Source: Ranitomeya imitator | Taxonomy: Eukaryota | Assembly: GCF_032444005.1 (NCBI RefSeq) | Contig: NC_091291.1 | Coordinates: forward strand, 18,476,001 to 18,540,000 | Direction of reading: 5' to 3' | Length of the DNA stretch: 64,000 bases | Shown here: positions 49,593 to 60,700 of the stretch, piece by piece | How positions within the stretch are numbered: the stretch's first letter is position 1 | How the letters are laid out: every line of letters starts with the position of its first letter | Notes under the pieces: model-generated | Databases searched by the model: none | What the model saw: only the letters and a program-made list of their open reading frames with translations | Told to the model about the DNA's origin: nothing | Translations under genes and position numbers: made by a program

Positions 49593-52500
49593 CTTCATAA
49601 TAATAGTTTGATCATTCATTTATTTTAATTTGTAAATAAATATTCAATTTTTTACTATTTTTCTTACTGCATATGATACAAATTAATGCCAAATTTGCCA
49701 CCACTAAATCCCTATCATTAAAAGTTGTGAAATTTCTATGAAAAGTTACGTCTCGATATAGAGATTTACTTACAATTTATCTTAGTCAATTATATTAGTG
49801 CTCGTTAGAAATTGTTAGATGACAAACAGAACTTTTCCACATTTATTTGTTCTTAGAGCTCTTGAAAAACCTGTTGGGTCACTGCTCGGAGTTCATCATT
49901 TTTTGGGAGGACACATTTGTAATTCCAGAAGGAATCGATGTTTCCTTAGGCATGAAGAATCACAATGAGTCTAATGTACGTGATATAGGTGGTTTTGTGC
50001 CACTGCCTCCAGTAATAAAAAAATAAGGAAATTATAGGGACGAAAACCTTTCTGACATTGGATAAAAAGATTCCTTCAAGATGAAAAATAGCAAAAACAT
50101 CTAAATTATTTCAATTATTTATATTTGAAATGGCAACTTTAATATATGGAAGCATAAAACTGCCTTGTAAATTTTTTATCTCATCGTTTATTAGTTATAT
50201 AAACATATCCTAAGTAAGTCCAACTGAGAAATTGGGAGAGGTTAAAGAGAATGTACAACCGTAATGCATGAACTAATCTGCCCTCTTGATTCTAAGTGTT
50301 GATAAACAGGATCTACATCCAGAATAAAAACACTTCGTACATGTCTAGCATTTAGCGTTGCCCAATTTTTTTTTTTTTTAGTTGCAGTACCATATCTGAC
50401 CACAGGGTGTACCATAACTTAGCAAGCGCTACAGCACACCCTGTGGTCGCGATTAGTATTGCAATCATAAAAATTTGTTGGAGTGAGAAATAATTTAACT
50501 GAAGGACTAAAATAAATTGTGTTCAGAGACAAATAGTGATAGAGCAGAATGGAATTTACAGAATAAAGGAGGATCTGTTATAATGAATAATAACTATAGA
50601 ATGGCCAATTACAAAAAATCCACCCAAAACTAGTGGGATTATATTTAAAAATAAAAAAAGGAACACAAAAAGCGGAGAATCATAGAATCATAGAAGGTTA
50701 GAGTTGGAAGGGACCCCAAGGGTCATCGTGTTCATTCCCCTGCTCAATGCAGGATTCACTAAACCATCCCAGACAGATGTCTGTCCAACCTCTGCTTGAA
50801 GACTTCCATTGAAGGAGGAGTCACCACCTCCTGTGGCCTGTTCCAAACGCTGTATACTTGAATAAATGAATTACCGTATATACTTGAGTACAAGACAAGT
50901 TTTTCAGCACTTTTTTGTGTGCTGAGAACGCTCCTCTCTGCTTATAATCAGGTAAGGGTCTCAGAAGATGGAGGGGAAGCGGCAGCGGCAGAGCAGTGGG
51001 TCACCGGAGGCAGGAGCCGGCTGCTGTGCTGGCAGTGAGTATTCATTTCAGTAGTCGCAGCTGCTGGCTTCCTACAGCGGCCTGGCAATCACGTGTGCCT
51101 GCTACTTAAGAGAAATTAATATTAATTTCTCTGCACTCATGTGATCGCCAGGCAGCTGCAGGAAGTTGGCGGCTGCGGCTGACACTGTGCACGCTACAAA
51201 ATAACAATGAATACTTACTGCTCTCCACGCACATAGTCCTGGTATAGCGAGCAGTATGTGTTCTGTTAGCTGAGCTCTGCTTGTAAGCAGTGCATGACGT
51301 CATTGTCACGCGCTGCTTACAAGCATAAATCCGCTGCTTGCACCGGAACAAGATGCTGCGAGGGAACGTAGAGACGGTAAGTAGGAAGGTTAATTTTTTT
51401 AAATGTTTTTTGATGGGGGCCATGCATACTTAAGACTCACCAAGGCATTACTGCATTCAATGCTTATCTTCATTTTCTCAGTGGTGCTTGTTGTGGCATG
51501 GCCATCGTAGTTTGAGCACATGTTTTCGGTGGCACATCCTGCCATGGCCAAGATTGGTTCTGAAGGGTCTAAAAAGAAAGCACAAAGAAATTTAATATTT
51601 ACATTTCATGCGTATAAATTTCTGTAAGGAGAACCTGTCAGCAGGATTTTACTACATAAGGTACAAACATGGTCATATTGGATGCGAGTAAGCATGAGCC
51701 AACCGCAGTACTCTTTTATTGGAGACCTAATGCAAATTGTTATATTATTTGAGAAAAACTCAGTTCCACTCAAATACAGTGATGAGCAAAAAGATAACAG
51801 GTAGCAATATTTTGATCTTCTGACTTTCAGGCTCCATATCTCACCATCCACTTCTTCTTTGATCGTGAGACCACCATTATTTTATAAACAATCATCTTGG
51901 ATATCTCATACATAAATTTGACTTGCCCCTATTTACCATATGATTAGTTATGCATATTATTGTCATGTCACTGCATTGTTACTGTTTTGTTCCTTAAGAT
52001 CTAAATTTTAATTTTTATTATTTTGTTAGTATTTTGGAAGTCCACCTTTGGCTTTCACCACTGCCTGAATCCTTCTGGGCAGCTTTCAATCAGATTCAAT
52101 CATTTCTCGACTGAAATCTGATCCCAGATCTTCTACACGTTCCTAAAGTTGGTGCACACTGGTCGCCTCACTTGGGTCTGTGTACGGCTCTTTCTTCAAC
52201 TCTACCTACAAGTGTTGGATTGGGTTTAGGTCTGGGGACTGCAAGGACAATCCAGAACCTTTACTTCATTGTCATGGAACCGTTTCATCGCCAATGTCAA
52301 CATATTCTTTGGGTCATTGTCCTGCTGGAACACAATATAGTCCTTTTCATACCCATAGTACTTGAGTGTGCAAAGTAACTCATCGGATACTCACATATAG
52401 AACAGCATTGAGACCATCATCTACCCTGGTCAGGAATCCAACGCCTTTAGCTGTGAAACAACCCCATATCATCAGGCTTTCTAAACCTAACTTGACAGGT

Positions 52501-55500
52501 CCTTCAATTTCTCGATCCATTAGACCCTTTTTCCCTTGTTTCTTCCAGACCCATTTGCACCCATCAGAGCCTAGTCTATTGACTTTCATCTCATTGCTCG
52601 AAATCACCAGTTTCCGATCTTCTACGGCAGGGGTCCCCAACTCCAGTCCTCAAGGCCCACCAACAGGTCATGTTTTCAGGATTTCCTTTGCATTGCACAG
52701 GTGATGCAATTATTACCTGGGCAAGACTAAGGAAATCCTGAAAACATGACATGTTGGTGGGCCTTGAGGACTGGAGTTGAGGACCCCTGTTCTACGGTAC
52801 ACTTTTTGCACTTTTTTGCAAACTCAAGCTTAAATTTAAATTTTCTTATGCCGATATTGAAGTTGAGACTTCTTCACCTTTTTTCAGGCCACCATTCCAG
52901 ACTTGTGTAGCGTGCGTCACATGATGCTTGTAAGGACATTTGTGATCTCACTATTATGAAGCATACGAGTCACCTCCGCTGCCGTGTTTGTCACTGCAGA
53001 ACTGATAGACCTTACAATGAGCCAACTTGTTGCCTTCGATATTTTGCCTGGACTTCCACCTCTTGGCTTTTGAATGGACGGACTTCATTTCGTATCCTTC
53101 CAGCTGTGATGGCGCTCACATGATGCAGCTTGGCAATTTTCTTGGCCGATAGACCGCTATCGATGAGCTGGATAGTGTGTTTCTCTTCTCTTGGGAAATC
53201 TTTTTCATGGCTGCTCCTCGATGTAATACCACATATGACCACTGGATTTGCTGTTTTTAGAAAGTGTTCGTATCACTTTTGTTAGTACTTACCAGTGGCA
53301 GTGCTGATTGAGTATGAAGTGCACCGGTTTTCCGTTCCAGTGCACTGAATTTGGTTATCTGGTTTACATGTTGAAGATGTTATCGTAAAACAAGAAGGGC
53401 AAGCCAGACCATTTGAATCCTTTTTTTCAGATAATACTAAAATGAGAGTGAAAATATAGAGATGAATCAATTTTGTTATTTAAATATTAACTATAAAATT
53501 ACAAAGATATTAAATTGTATCGTATAAAATTAATACAAGTACTGGATTAATAATTTTGAAAAAAATGTGAAATACCTATTGGTGCAGTCGGGGTACATTC
53601 ATCAGTTTGGCAGCAGAGAGTATTTAGATCTATGGAAATAAACTGATTACTCAGACTCTTCGGATTATTGCAGTCGGGCGACTGTCCACATCCTCGCACA
53701 TGGGAGTAAGTTGATAGTCCCAACATGGTCACTAAAGAAAATAAAAGTTTTCTTATACATTAATACAAAAATGTCTCAATTTTCTAATTATAACTTCCAA
53801 CTTTCTGTAAGAAGTTCAATAAATAAAATAAAAATAAAAAGAAAGAGTGATAGAAGAGAGTGAGAGAAGAAGGAAAAAAGAGTAAAAGAAGGGAAACTAA
53901 AAAGAAAAGGGAAGGAAAGGAAAGGAAAGGAAAGGGGAGGGAATGGGTAGGAAGAAAATGATAGGGAAGTAATGGAAGGGAAAATAAAGGGAAAAGAAGG
54001 GAATGAAAAAGAAATATGGAATGAAAAGAATTGAAGAAAATTAAATTAAAAGGAAAGGACATGTAAGAAAATGGTAGGATACAAATGAAAAATAGAGGAA
54101 AGGAAATAATAGACAAGAAGGAAAGTCAAAGGGAAGACACTGATAATGATGGAATTCAAAGTTAGGAAAGGGAAGTAAAGGAAATGAATGAAGGAAAGGA
54201 TAGGAAAGAAAAGGAAAGGAAAGGAGAGGAAAGGAAAGGGAGAATGCTAGGAAGATAATAGGGAAGGGATGGAAAGGAAATAAGGGAATTAAATGGGGAA
54301 GAAGGGAAGGAAAATAATTAATTAAAGTTAGGAGAAAAGGAAAGGATAGCAAAGAAAATGAAAGGAAAGGATAGGAAAGGANNNNNNNNNNNNNNNNNNN
54401 NNNNNNNNNNNNNNNNNNNNNNNNNNNNNNNNNNNNNNNNNNNNNNNNNNNNNNNNNNNNNNNNNNNNNNNNNNNNNNNNNNNNNNNNNNNNNNNNNNNN
54501 NNNNNNNNNNNNNNNNNNNNNNNNNNNNNNNNNNNNNNNAAAGGATAGGACAGAAAAGGAAAAGAAAGGAAAGATAAGGAAGGGAAATGAAAAGAAAGGA
54601 AAGCAAAGGAAAGGGAGAAGGCTAGGAAGATAATAGGGAAGGGATAGAAAGGAAATAAGGAAACTAAATGGGGAAGAAGGGAAGGAAATTATTAATAAAA
54701 GTTAGGAGAAAAGGAAAGGAAGCCTAATGGGTATTACAAAAGGAATTGAAAAGGAAGAATTGATAATATAAAGATAGCAGAAAAAGAAAGAAAAGAAATG
54801 GCAAAAAAGTAGAAATAGACAAGGGATGGAAAGAGATACATTTAAAAAAAGGAGAAGGGGATTAGCAAGAAAAAGATTTACATTAAATTGAGTGGAATAC
54901 AAAAAGATGGATTAGAGAGAACATAGAGCAAACAGATAGGAAAGAGAAGGGGAAGCAGAAAGATCAATAACATGGGAGAGGATAAGAAGAAGGGGGAAAT
55001 CAAAAGAGAGGAGAAGGGAAGTAAGGAGACAGAGGAGGATTGAAAGGAAACATAAAGAGATTCCAAGGAGTGCAGGAGCAAAAAATGACAGAGCAAGAAG
55101 AGGAGGAGAAAGTAAAATGTGTGCATAAGAGAAGAGAACAGAGTTAAATGTGCGAGGGATAACAAAAAGAAGAGGAAAAGTTAAAAGAAGGCAATTGGGG
55201 GAGAAGGGAAGAAGAAAGGGAAATGAGATGACAAGGAAGAAAAAGAGAAAGGGGAAAAAGATAGAAAGAGAGAAGAATAGAGAGAGAAAGAAAGAAAATG
55301 TGAGAACAATGAGGAGAATAAAATAATATCACATGGAATTCAGAGAGATAAATACGGAACAAAATCAGGAAGTATCTCATGTACATTCCCAGTAGGAGTA
55401 GTGGTCCTGTGTGACCAATCACGTAGGAGTTGAATACAAGATGCATGACTCGCACTTTTGGTTTCGGTGTAGACGGAGGTGCAGGCGTCTTCGTTGGCCG

Positions 55501-55572
55501 CACATGTGACTGCAGTCCCAGTGCATGGAGCCTGATCTGCGCCGGTACAACTTATACACGAGAGAGAATAGC
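48569..55572 (-). CDS. Gene C (5'-partial): two-domain Ly6/uPAR protein, 10+8 Cys, PINLYP/PLI-gamma/SPF-like, probably secreted
   Basis: complement(join(55456-55572, 53576-53731, 53293-53436, 51441-51568, tentative 48569-48589)). Protein: GYSLSCISC...DAC...RGCGQSPDC...LCCQTDECTPTAP...NGLACPSC...STC...IQCTGTENRC...AGCATENMC...IECSNAL(NNEGKN*). The signal exon was not found, and the last exon and the exon-2 donor are less certain. Confidence 0.82.
48693..49640. repeat. AT-rich ~310-bp triplication containing (ATT)n runs
   Basis: TTTTATAAGTATTTAATT...CATATAACATATTTATAAGT recurs at about 48693, 49006 and 49313. Confidence 0.75.
50676..50845 (-). mobile_element. CR1 LINE 3'-end remnant
   Basis: AGAATCATAGAATCATAGAA tail plus GGAAGGGACC...GGTCATC and ACTCACCACCTCC-like CR1 3' motifs. 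Confidence 0.7.
52040..53250 (-). mobile_element. Degenerate Tc1-like transposon in gene C intron 4
   Basis: Fragments IQLIDSGLSAKKIAKLHHVS (HTH-like) and KVNRLGSDGCKWVWKK...SLMIWGCFTAKGVG. Boundaries are approximate. Confidence 0.7.
52628..52789. mobile_element. hAT MITE (162 bp) nested in the Tc1 relic
   Basis: Long TIR CAGGGGTCCCCAACTCCAGTCCTCAAGG..., and 8-bp TSD TTCTACGG (52620-52627 and 52790-52797). Confidence 0.92.
53820..55330 (+). repeat. Purine-rich (GA/GGAAA) low-complexity tract in gene C intron 2; contains a 158-N gap at 54382-54539
   Basis: The + strand is almost entirely A/G, with AAAGG repeats. Confidence 0.9.
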
Positions 55573-57331
55573 CTGAAAAACATTCAGAACAGTAACAAGA
55601 CATCACTTGGCTACTCGAAAAATTAATCTAGAAGGCAAAAATCTCCAACTCTCAATCTTCAGAAGCTGATAACATTGAGCTTATGATGCACTGCTCACAC
55701 ATCCAGTGTCGGACTGGGTTTGCCTAGGGCCCACCAGTAACCAACTCCAGGGTCCCACTTTTCAGCTACATGTAAATGTGACATTATCACAATCACAAAT
55801 GTATATGACAATGGACGGGGTAGATCATTAAATGAACCTTTGTGTATAGTGATTCAAGTTTATTGTGCCAAGTACTGCTCATATAAGAATGTGGTGGCCC
55901 TCCGGAGGTTTCTCCTGTTCTCTGGTGGGCCAGTCCAAGCCTGTACAAAGCTCACCAGAAATCGCTCCTGTGTAGCAGTAATTCAATGAGCCAGGGCTGA
56001 CAAATATTGCTTTAAAACGAGACACAAATAAGCCTGGATGGTCATTGGGGGGGTGTCGATCCACTATCCATAAACTCTTATTAAAGCTGCATGATGGATA
56101 TTCATGGGATGTTCTGACAATACGGGAGCTGGATGAAAATTGTTTGCTAAGGATATATTTTTGATATTTTTGCCCGTTTCATTGTCACACTGTATTCTAC
56201 GTTGGTGATCTGATATTGCTTAGGTTACCACAATGGTCATACTATGCAGTACTCTAAGTGCTGCCAGCGTATATATATGAATTTATATATATATTTTTTG
56301 TTTTATATGCCTATATTTATTTAAATACAAGGATTAATAAAATTAGATCTCAGGTTATAGCAGCGCTCAATTTGTTCCACACACAAGGGTTGGCTATGGC
56401 TGACAATCCTTATAATTAGTCGCCAAGCTCCCTTATCTCATACTGTATGGTCCTTTGTACAACTTTATAAAAATTCGATAGGTGAAGCCCCCATGTGTCC
56501 TGCCTCCATGTATTAAAGCACTATGGAGCTATTCTTCCATAGAAGGCCGAGGAATTGTGATGTCCGGTATGACCCATAAATGTTTATGGCTGTTGGAAGG
56601 TTGGACAGTTGGAAGGTCTATGCTGTGTAATTATTGGCATGCCAAGCCCATTCTTTTCTGAGTATTAAGCACATAGCCATCTTTTCTAGAAATGTAGAAG
56701 AGTCGCTCACTATGGTTAGAAAAATGATTACTGCCTTTGCTTATTAGATACATGGCAAGATTCCCTAGATCTTCTAGGGTGATGAAAACCCTTTGGTTCC
56801 ACCATGAGTGGGGCTTATAAAGTGACATATGACCACGTCACCTTTATTTCGAGATGTTATGTTTGCTTAGTTAATAATATTGCAATGTTTGCCCATTATA
56901 ACGAAGGCGTTATACTTCGAGTGATATTCGCGAAGGTGCAAGGTGCGAAGGTGCAACATCTGGAGGTCTTTTCAGTAGATTATTAACTCATGTTCCCATG
57001 TCGGATGAAAATCTACTTGCGTATTGATGTTGACATGTTCTTGATGTGCCACCAAAGAAAGGAAATTTTACAAAGTCCTGGATCCTGGTTGGTGATGATG
57101 ATGATACTCTACGATGGTGATAAGCTACGAGACGATCCTGGTGGTAAGGCAAGACTCAGATGGCTGTATATCTTGGATGAGGATCGCAACACAAGGCTCG
57201 GACTGACCGTTGGCTTTCCCGACCAAAGCACGATAGCTCAATGGAAATATATGTCATGCTGTCACGCTCGGGTCAGGAGAGCCAACGACAACTCTGAGCA
57301 TTGCGCTACAATCCTCTTCCAAGTTATACGG

Positions 57332-57733
57332 TGTAGGGATTTCACTCACTCAGCTGCGACGGCTGACACTCAGGAGACGTGTTCCTTTAAAGTTCACTGG
57401 GTTTATTGCTTCATAAACCATGTGGCAAACAACAGAAAACAAATAGCCTTTGGTTCAGGTAAAGAAAAACAAGTGTCCAGTTCATCCGGCTCAGTCCTGA
57501 AGCCGTAACACACTCAGGAGGGTTTCACCTCCACACATACCTACCTGTGTTAAGCATTAGGCTTTCTTTTATATGTCTAACCACACCCAGAACCCATCAC
57601 ATGACCAGACATGTGGTTGTGACATCACCACAGGTCCTGAAACACATATAGGTAGCCATGGTTACATCACAGCAACAAGCCATCTATAAGACACATATCT
57701 CCCATCGATTAGACATCCTTTAGCCACGCTACA
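57332..57733 (-). repeat. 3' LTR
   Basis: Direct repeat of 61984-62385. Minus-strand TATAAAA at 57567-57573 and AATAAA at 57402-57407. Confidence 0.97.
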
Positions 57734-60700
57734 TACCTCCCCCCTCTGCCTAAAGCCGTGGGGCTTGGCACTTTCTCCCACTAGACAAGGGATTCTTGAC
57801 AGGGCATCAGCATTACCGTGCAGCTTTCCGGCCCTATGTTCCACATGGAAACAGAAGTCCTGCAGGGCTAAGAACCAACGGGTGACCCTAGCATTTCTAC
57901 CCTTCGTTTCCCTCATCCACCTAAGTGGGGCATGGTCAGATATCAGTCTAAATTTACGTCCCAGCAAATAGTACTGTAATGTGTCGACTGCCCATTTTAT
58001 GGCCAAGCACTCCTTTTCAACGACTGAGTAGTTCTTTTCAGACGAGGACAGCTTCCTACTCAGATAGAGAACAGGATGCTCCTCTCCATGTAGTTCTTGG
58101 GAAAGGACTGCTCCCACCCCAACATCTGAGGCATCTGTCTGAAGAATAAACTCTTTCTTGAAGTTTGGGGCCATCAGAACGGGTTGCTTACATAAAGCCT
58201 CTTTCATTTCTTGGAAGGCTGAATCTGTTTCTTCGGACCACTTAACCATTACTGATTTTGTCCCTTTTAGCAGGTCAGTCAGAGGCGCCGCCATTGTGGC
58301 GAAGTTTGGGATGAACCTCCTGTAATATCCCACGATTCCCAGGAAGGCTTTAACTTGCTTCTTGGAAACTGGTTTTGGCCATGTTTGAATTGCCTCCACT
58401 TTACTGATTTGGGGTTTTATTTCTCCATGACCCACTATGTATCCAAGGTACTTAGCTTCTTCTTTACCCAATGCACACTTCTTCGGGTTTATTGTAAATC
58501 CGGCCTCTCTTATAGCATCAAACACCGCTTGGACTTTCTCCAGATGACTCTCCCAGTCCGGGCTAAAGATGACGATATCATCTAGGTACGCAGCAGCGTA
58601 TGCCTTGTGGGGTGCAAGGACTCTATCCATAGCCCTTTGGAAGGTGGCCGGAGCTCCCTGTAGGCCAAATGGCATCCGGACATACTGGAAGCACCCATCT
58701 GGTGTAGAAAACGCCGTCTTCTCCTTGGCTTCCTGTGCCATGGGGATCTGCCAATACCCCTTCGTCAAATCCAAGGTGGTTATGTACCTGGCGGGCCCAA
58801 GCCTTTCGATGAGCTCATCAACTCGGGGCATGGGATATGCGTCGAACTTGGAGACCTCATTCAACTTCCTATAGTCGTTGCAAAATCTCCACTCCCCATC
58901 AGGTTTTGGGACCAGGACAATTGGGCTCGACCAACCGCTCTTGGATTCCTCAATGACTCCAAGCTTCAACATACGCTCCACTTCCTTGGAGACTATTTCT
59001 CGACGGGCCTCAGGAATTCTATAGGGCTTCACGTTCACGCGCACATGGGGCTCTGTCAGGACCTCATGCTCTATGACCTTCGTGTACCCAGGCAACTCGG
59101 AAAACAGGTCCCTGTTTTTCTGGAGTAACTCCCGGCATTGCTGTTTCTGAGACTCCGATAGCGTCTCCGCTATAGTAACCGCTCCAACCTCATCTTCTGG
59201 GTTGCTTAACAACGATGGAGTTACTGTCGGCTCTCTATCTTGCCACGGCTTGATAAGGTTGACATGGTATACTTGGAATGGTTTCCGTCTTCCTGGTTGG
59301 TGAATTTTATAGTTTACTTCACCAAGTTTCTCGACAACCTCATATGGCCCTTGCCATTTGGCCAAGAACTTGCTTTCCACTGTCGGAACTAACACAAGAA
59401 CTCGGTCTCCCGGATTGAATTGCCTCACTCTTGCAGACCGGTTGTAGACCCTGGCCTGAGCTTCTTGTGCTTGGAGAAGGTGTTCTTTCACGATAGGCAT
59501 CACCTTTGCAATCCTCTGCTGCATCAGGGCCACATGCTCAATGACGCTTCTGTGGGGCGTGACTTCGGCTTCCCAGGTTTCCTTGGCTATATCCAGGAGT
59601 CCTCGTGGATGTCGGCCATACAGAAGCTCAAACGGTGAGAAACCTGTGGAGGCCTGTGGAACTTCACGAATGGAAAACATCAAATAGGGTAAGAGACAAT
59701 CCCAGTCTCTACCGTCTTTCTCTATAGCTTTTCTCAGCATGCTCTTCAGTGTCTTGTTAAATCTCTCAACAAGGCCATCTGACTGGGGATGGTACACCGA
59801 GGTCCTCAACTGGGAGATTTTCAGGGCTTTGCATAGTTCCCTCATCACCTTGCTCATGAAAGGTGTCCCCTGGTCAGTCAGGATCTCCTTCGGCAGACCT
59901 GTCCGGGAAAAGACATGGACCAACTCGCGAGCTATACTCTTTGAAGAAGAATTTCTCAAGGGAATTGCCTCAGGATAGCGTGTGGCGTAGTCCAGGATGA
60001 CTAATATATACTGATGGCCCCGGGCTGATTTAACTAAGGGACCGACCAAGTCCATGGCAATTCTCTCGAATGGCACCTCAATAATGGGCAGTGGCACAAG
60101 GGGGTTCCGGAAATGAGGAGTGGGAGCAGTTAGCTGACATGTAGGGCAGGACCTGCAATAGTTCACTATTTCCCGGTGGCACCCAGGCCAATAGAACCTC
60201 TGCACAACCCGTTCCTGCGTTTTTTCCACCCCTAGGTGTCCACCCAAGATGTGTGAATGGGCCATGTCCAACACCTTCCGTCTATATGGACCCGGCACTA
60301 CCAACTGCTCTACCAACTCCTCCCTTATTTTCGTGACCCGGTACAACAACTCCCTGCTCATTAGAAAATGGGGAAATCTTGTGTCTGCCCCCGGCTCCTG
60401 TACCACCCCGTCAATAACTGTGACATTATTAAAGGCTTCCCTCAGAGTGGGGTCCCTATGTTGGGCAGTCCCAAAATTTTCACCGGATACCTCTAACTCC
60501 AGAATGTCAGATGCAGGGGACACTTCCTCTTCATCTCCAGCCAGGACACAAAAAGGAAATCTGTCTGACTCTGGGTGTGGCACCACCCTTCCCGGGTTCA
60601 CTGGTTCCCTACTCTTGCTAGGGAGCTCAGAACCTTTCCCCCACAAATCCCAAAACAAACAGAAATCCCGGCCAATAATTATAGGGTGCAACAAGTCCTG

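Noticed and set aside
49860-50040. Cys-containing stretch considered as an extra gene C exon
   Set aside because: Stops occur in the usable frames and there is no LU motif.
53784-55503. Phe/Leu/Ser-rich, membrane-protein-like ORFs
   Set aside because: Translations of the polypyrimidine low-complexity strand.
55879-56064. Candidate exon 1 for gene C ending at TCTG|GTGAG (about 55955)
   Set aside because: The upstream frame (MDRHPPNDHPGLFVSRFK...) has no hydrophobic signal peptide and abuts a MITE.
56400-57330. Possible L1-like ORF2 C-terminal relic (also about 37000-37700 and 22100-22350)
   Set aside because: Only isolated weak motif echoes with many stops; needs tBLASTn or HMM confirmation.
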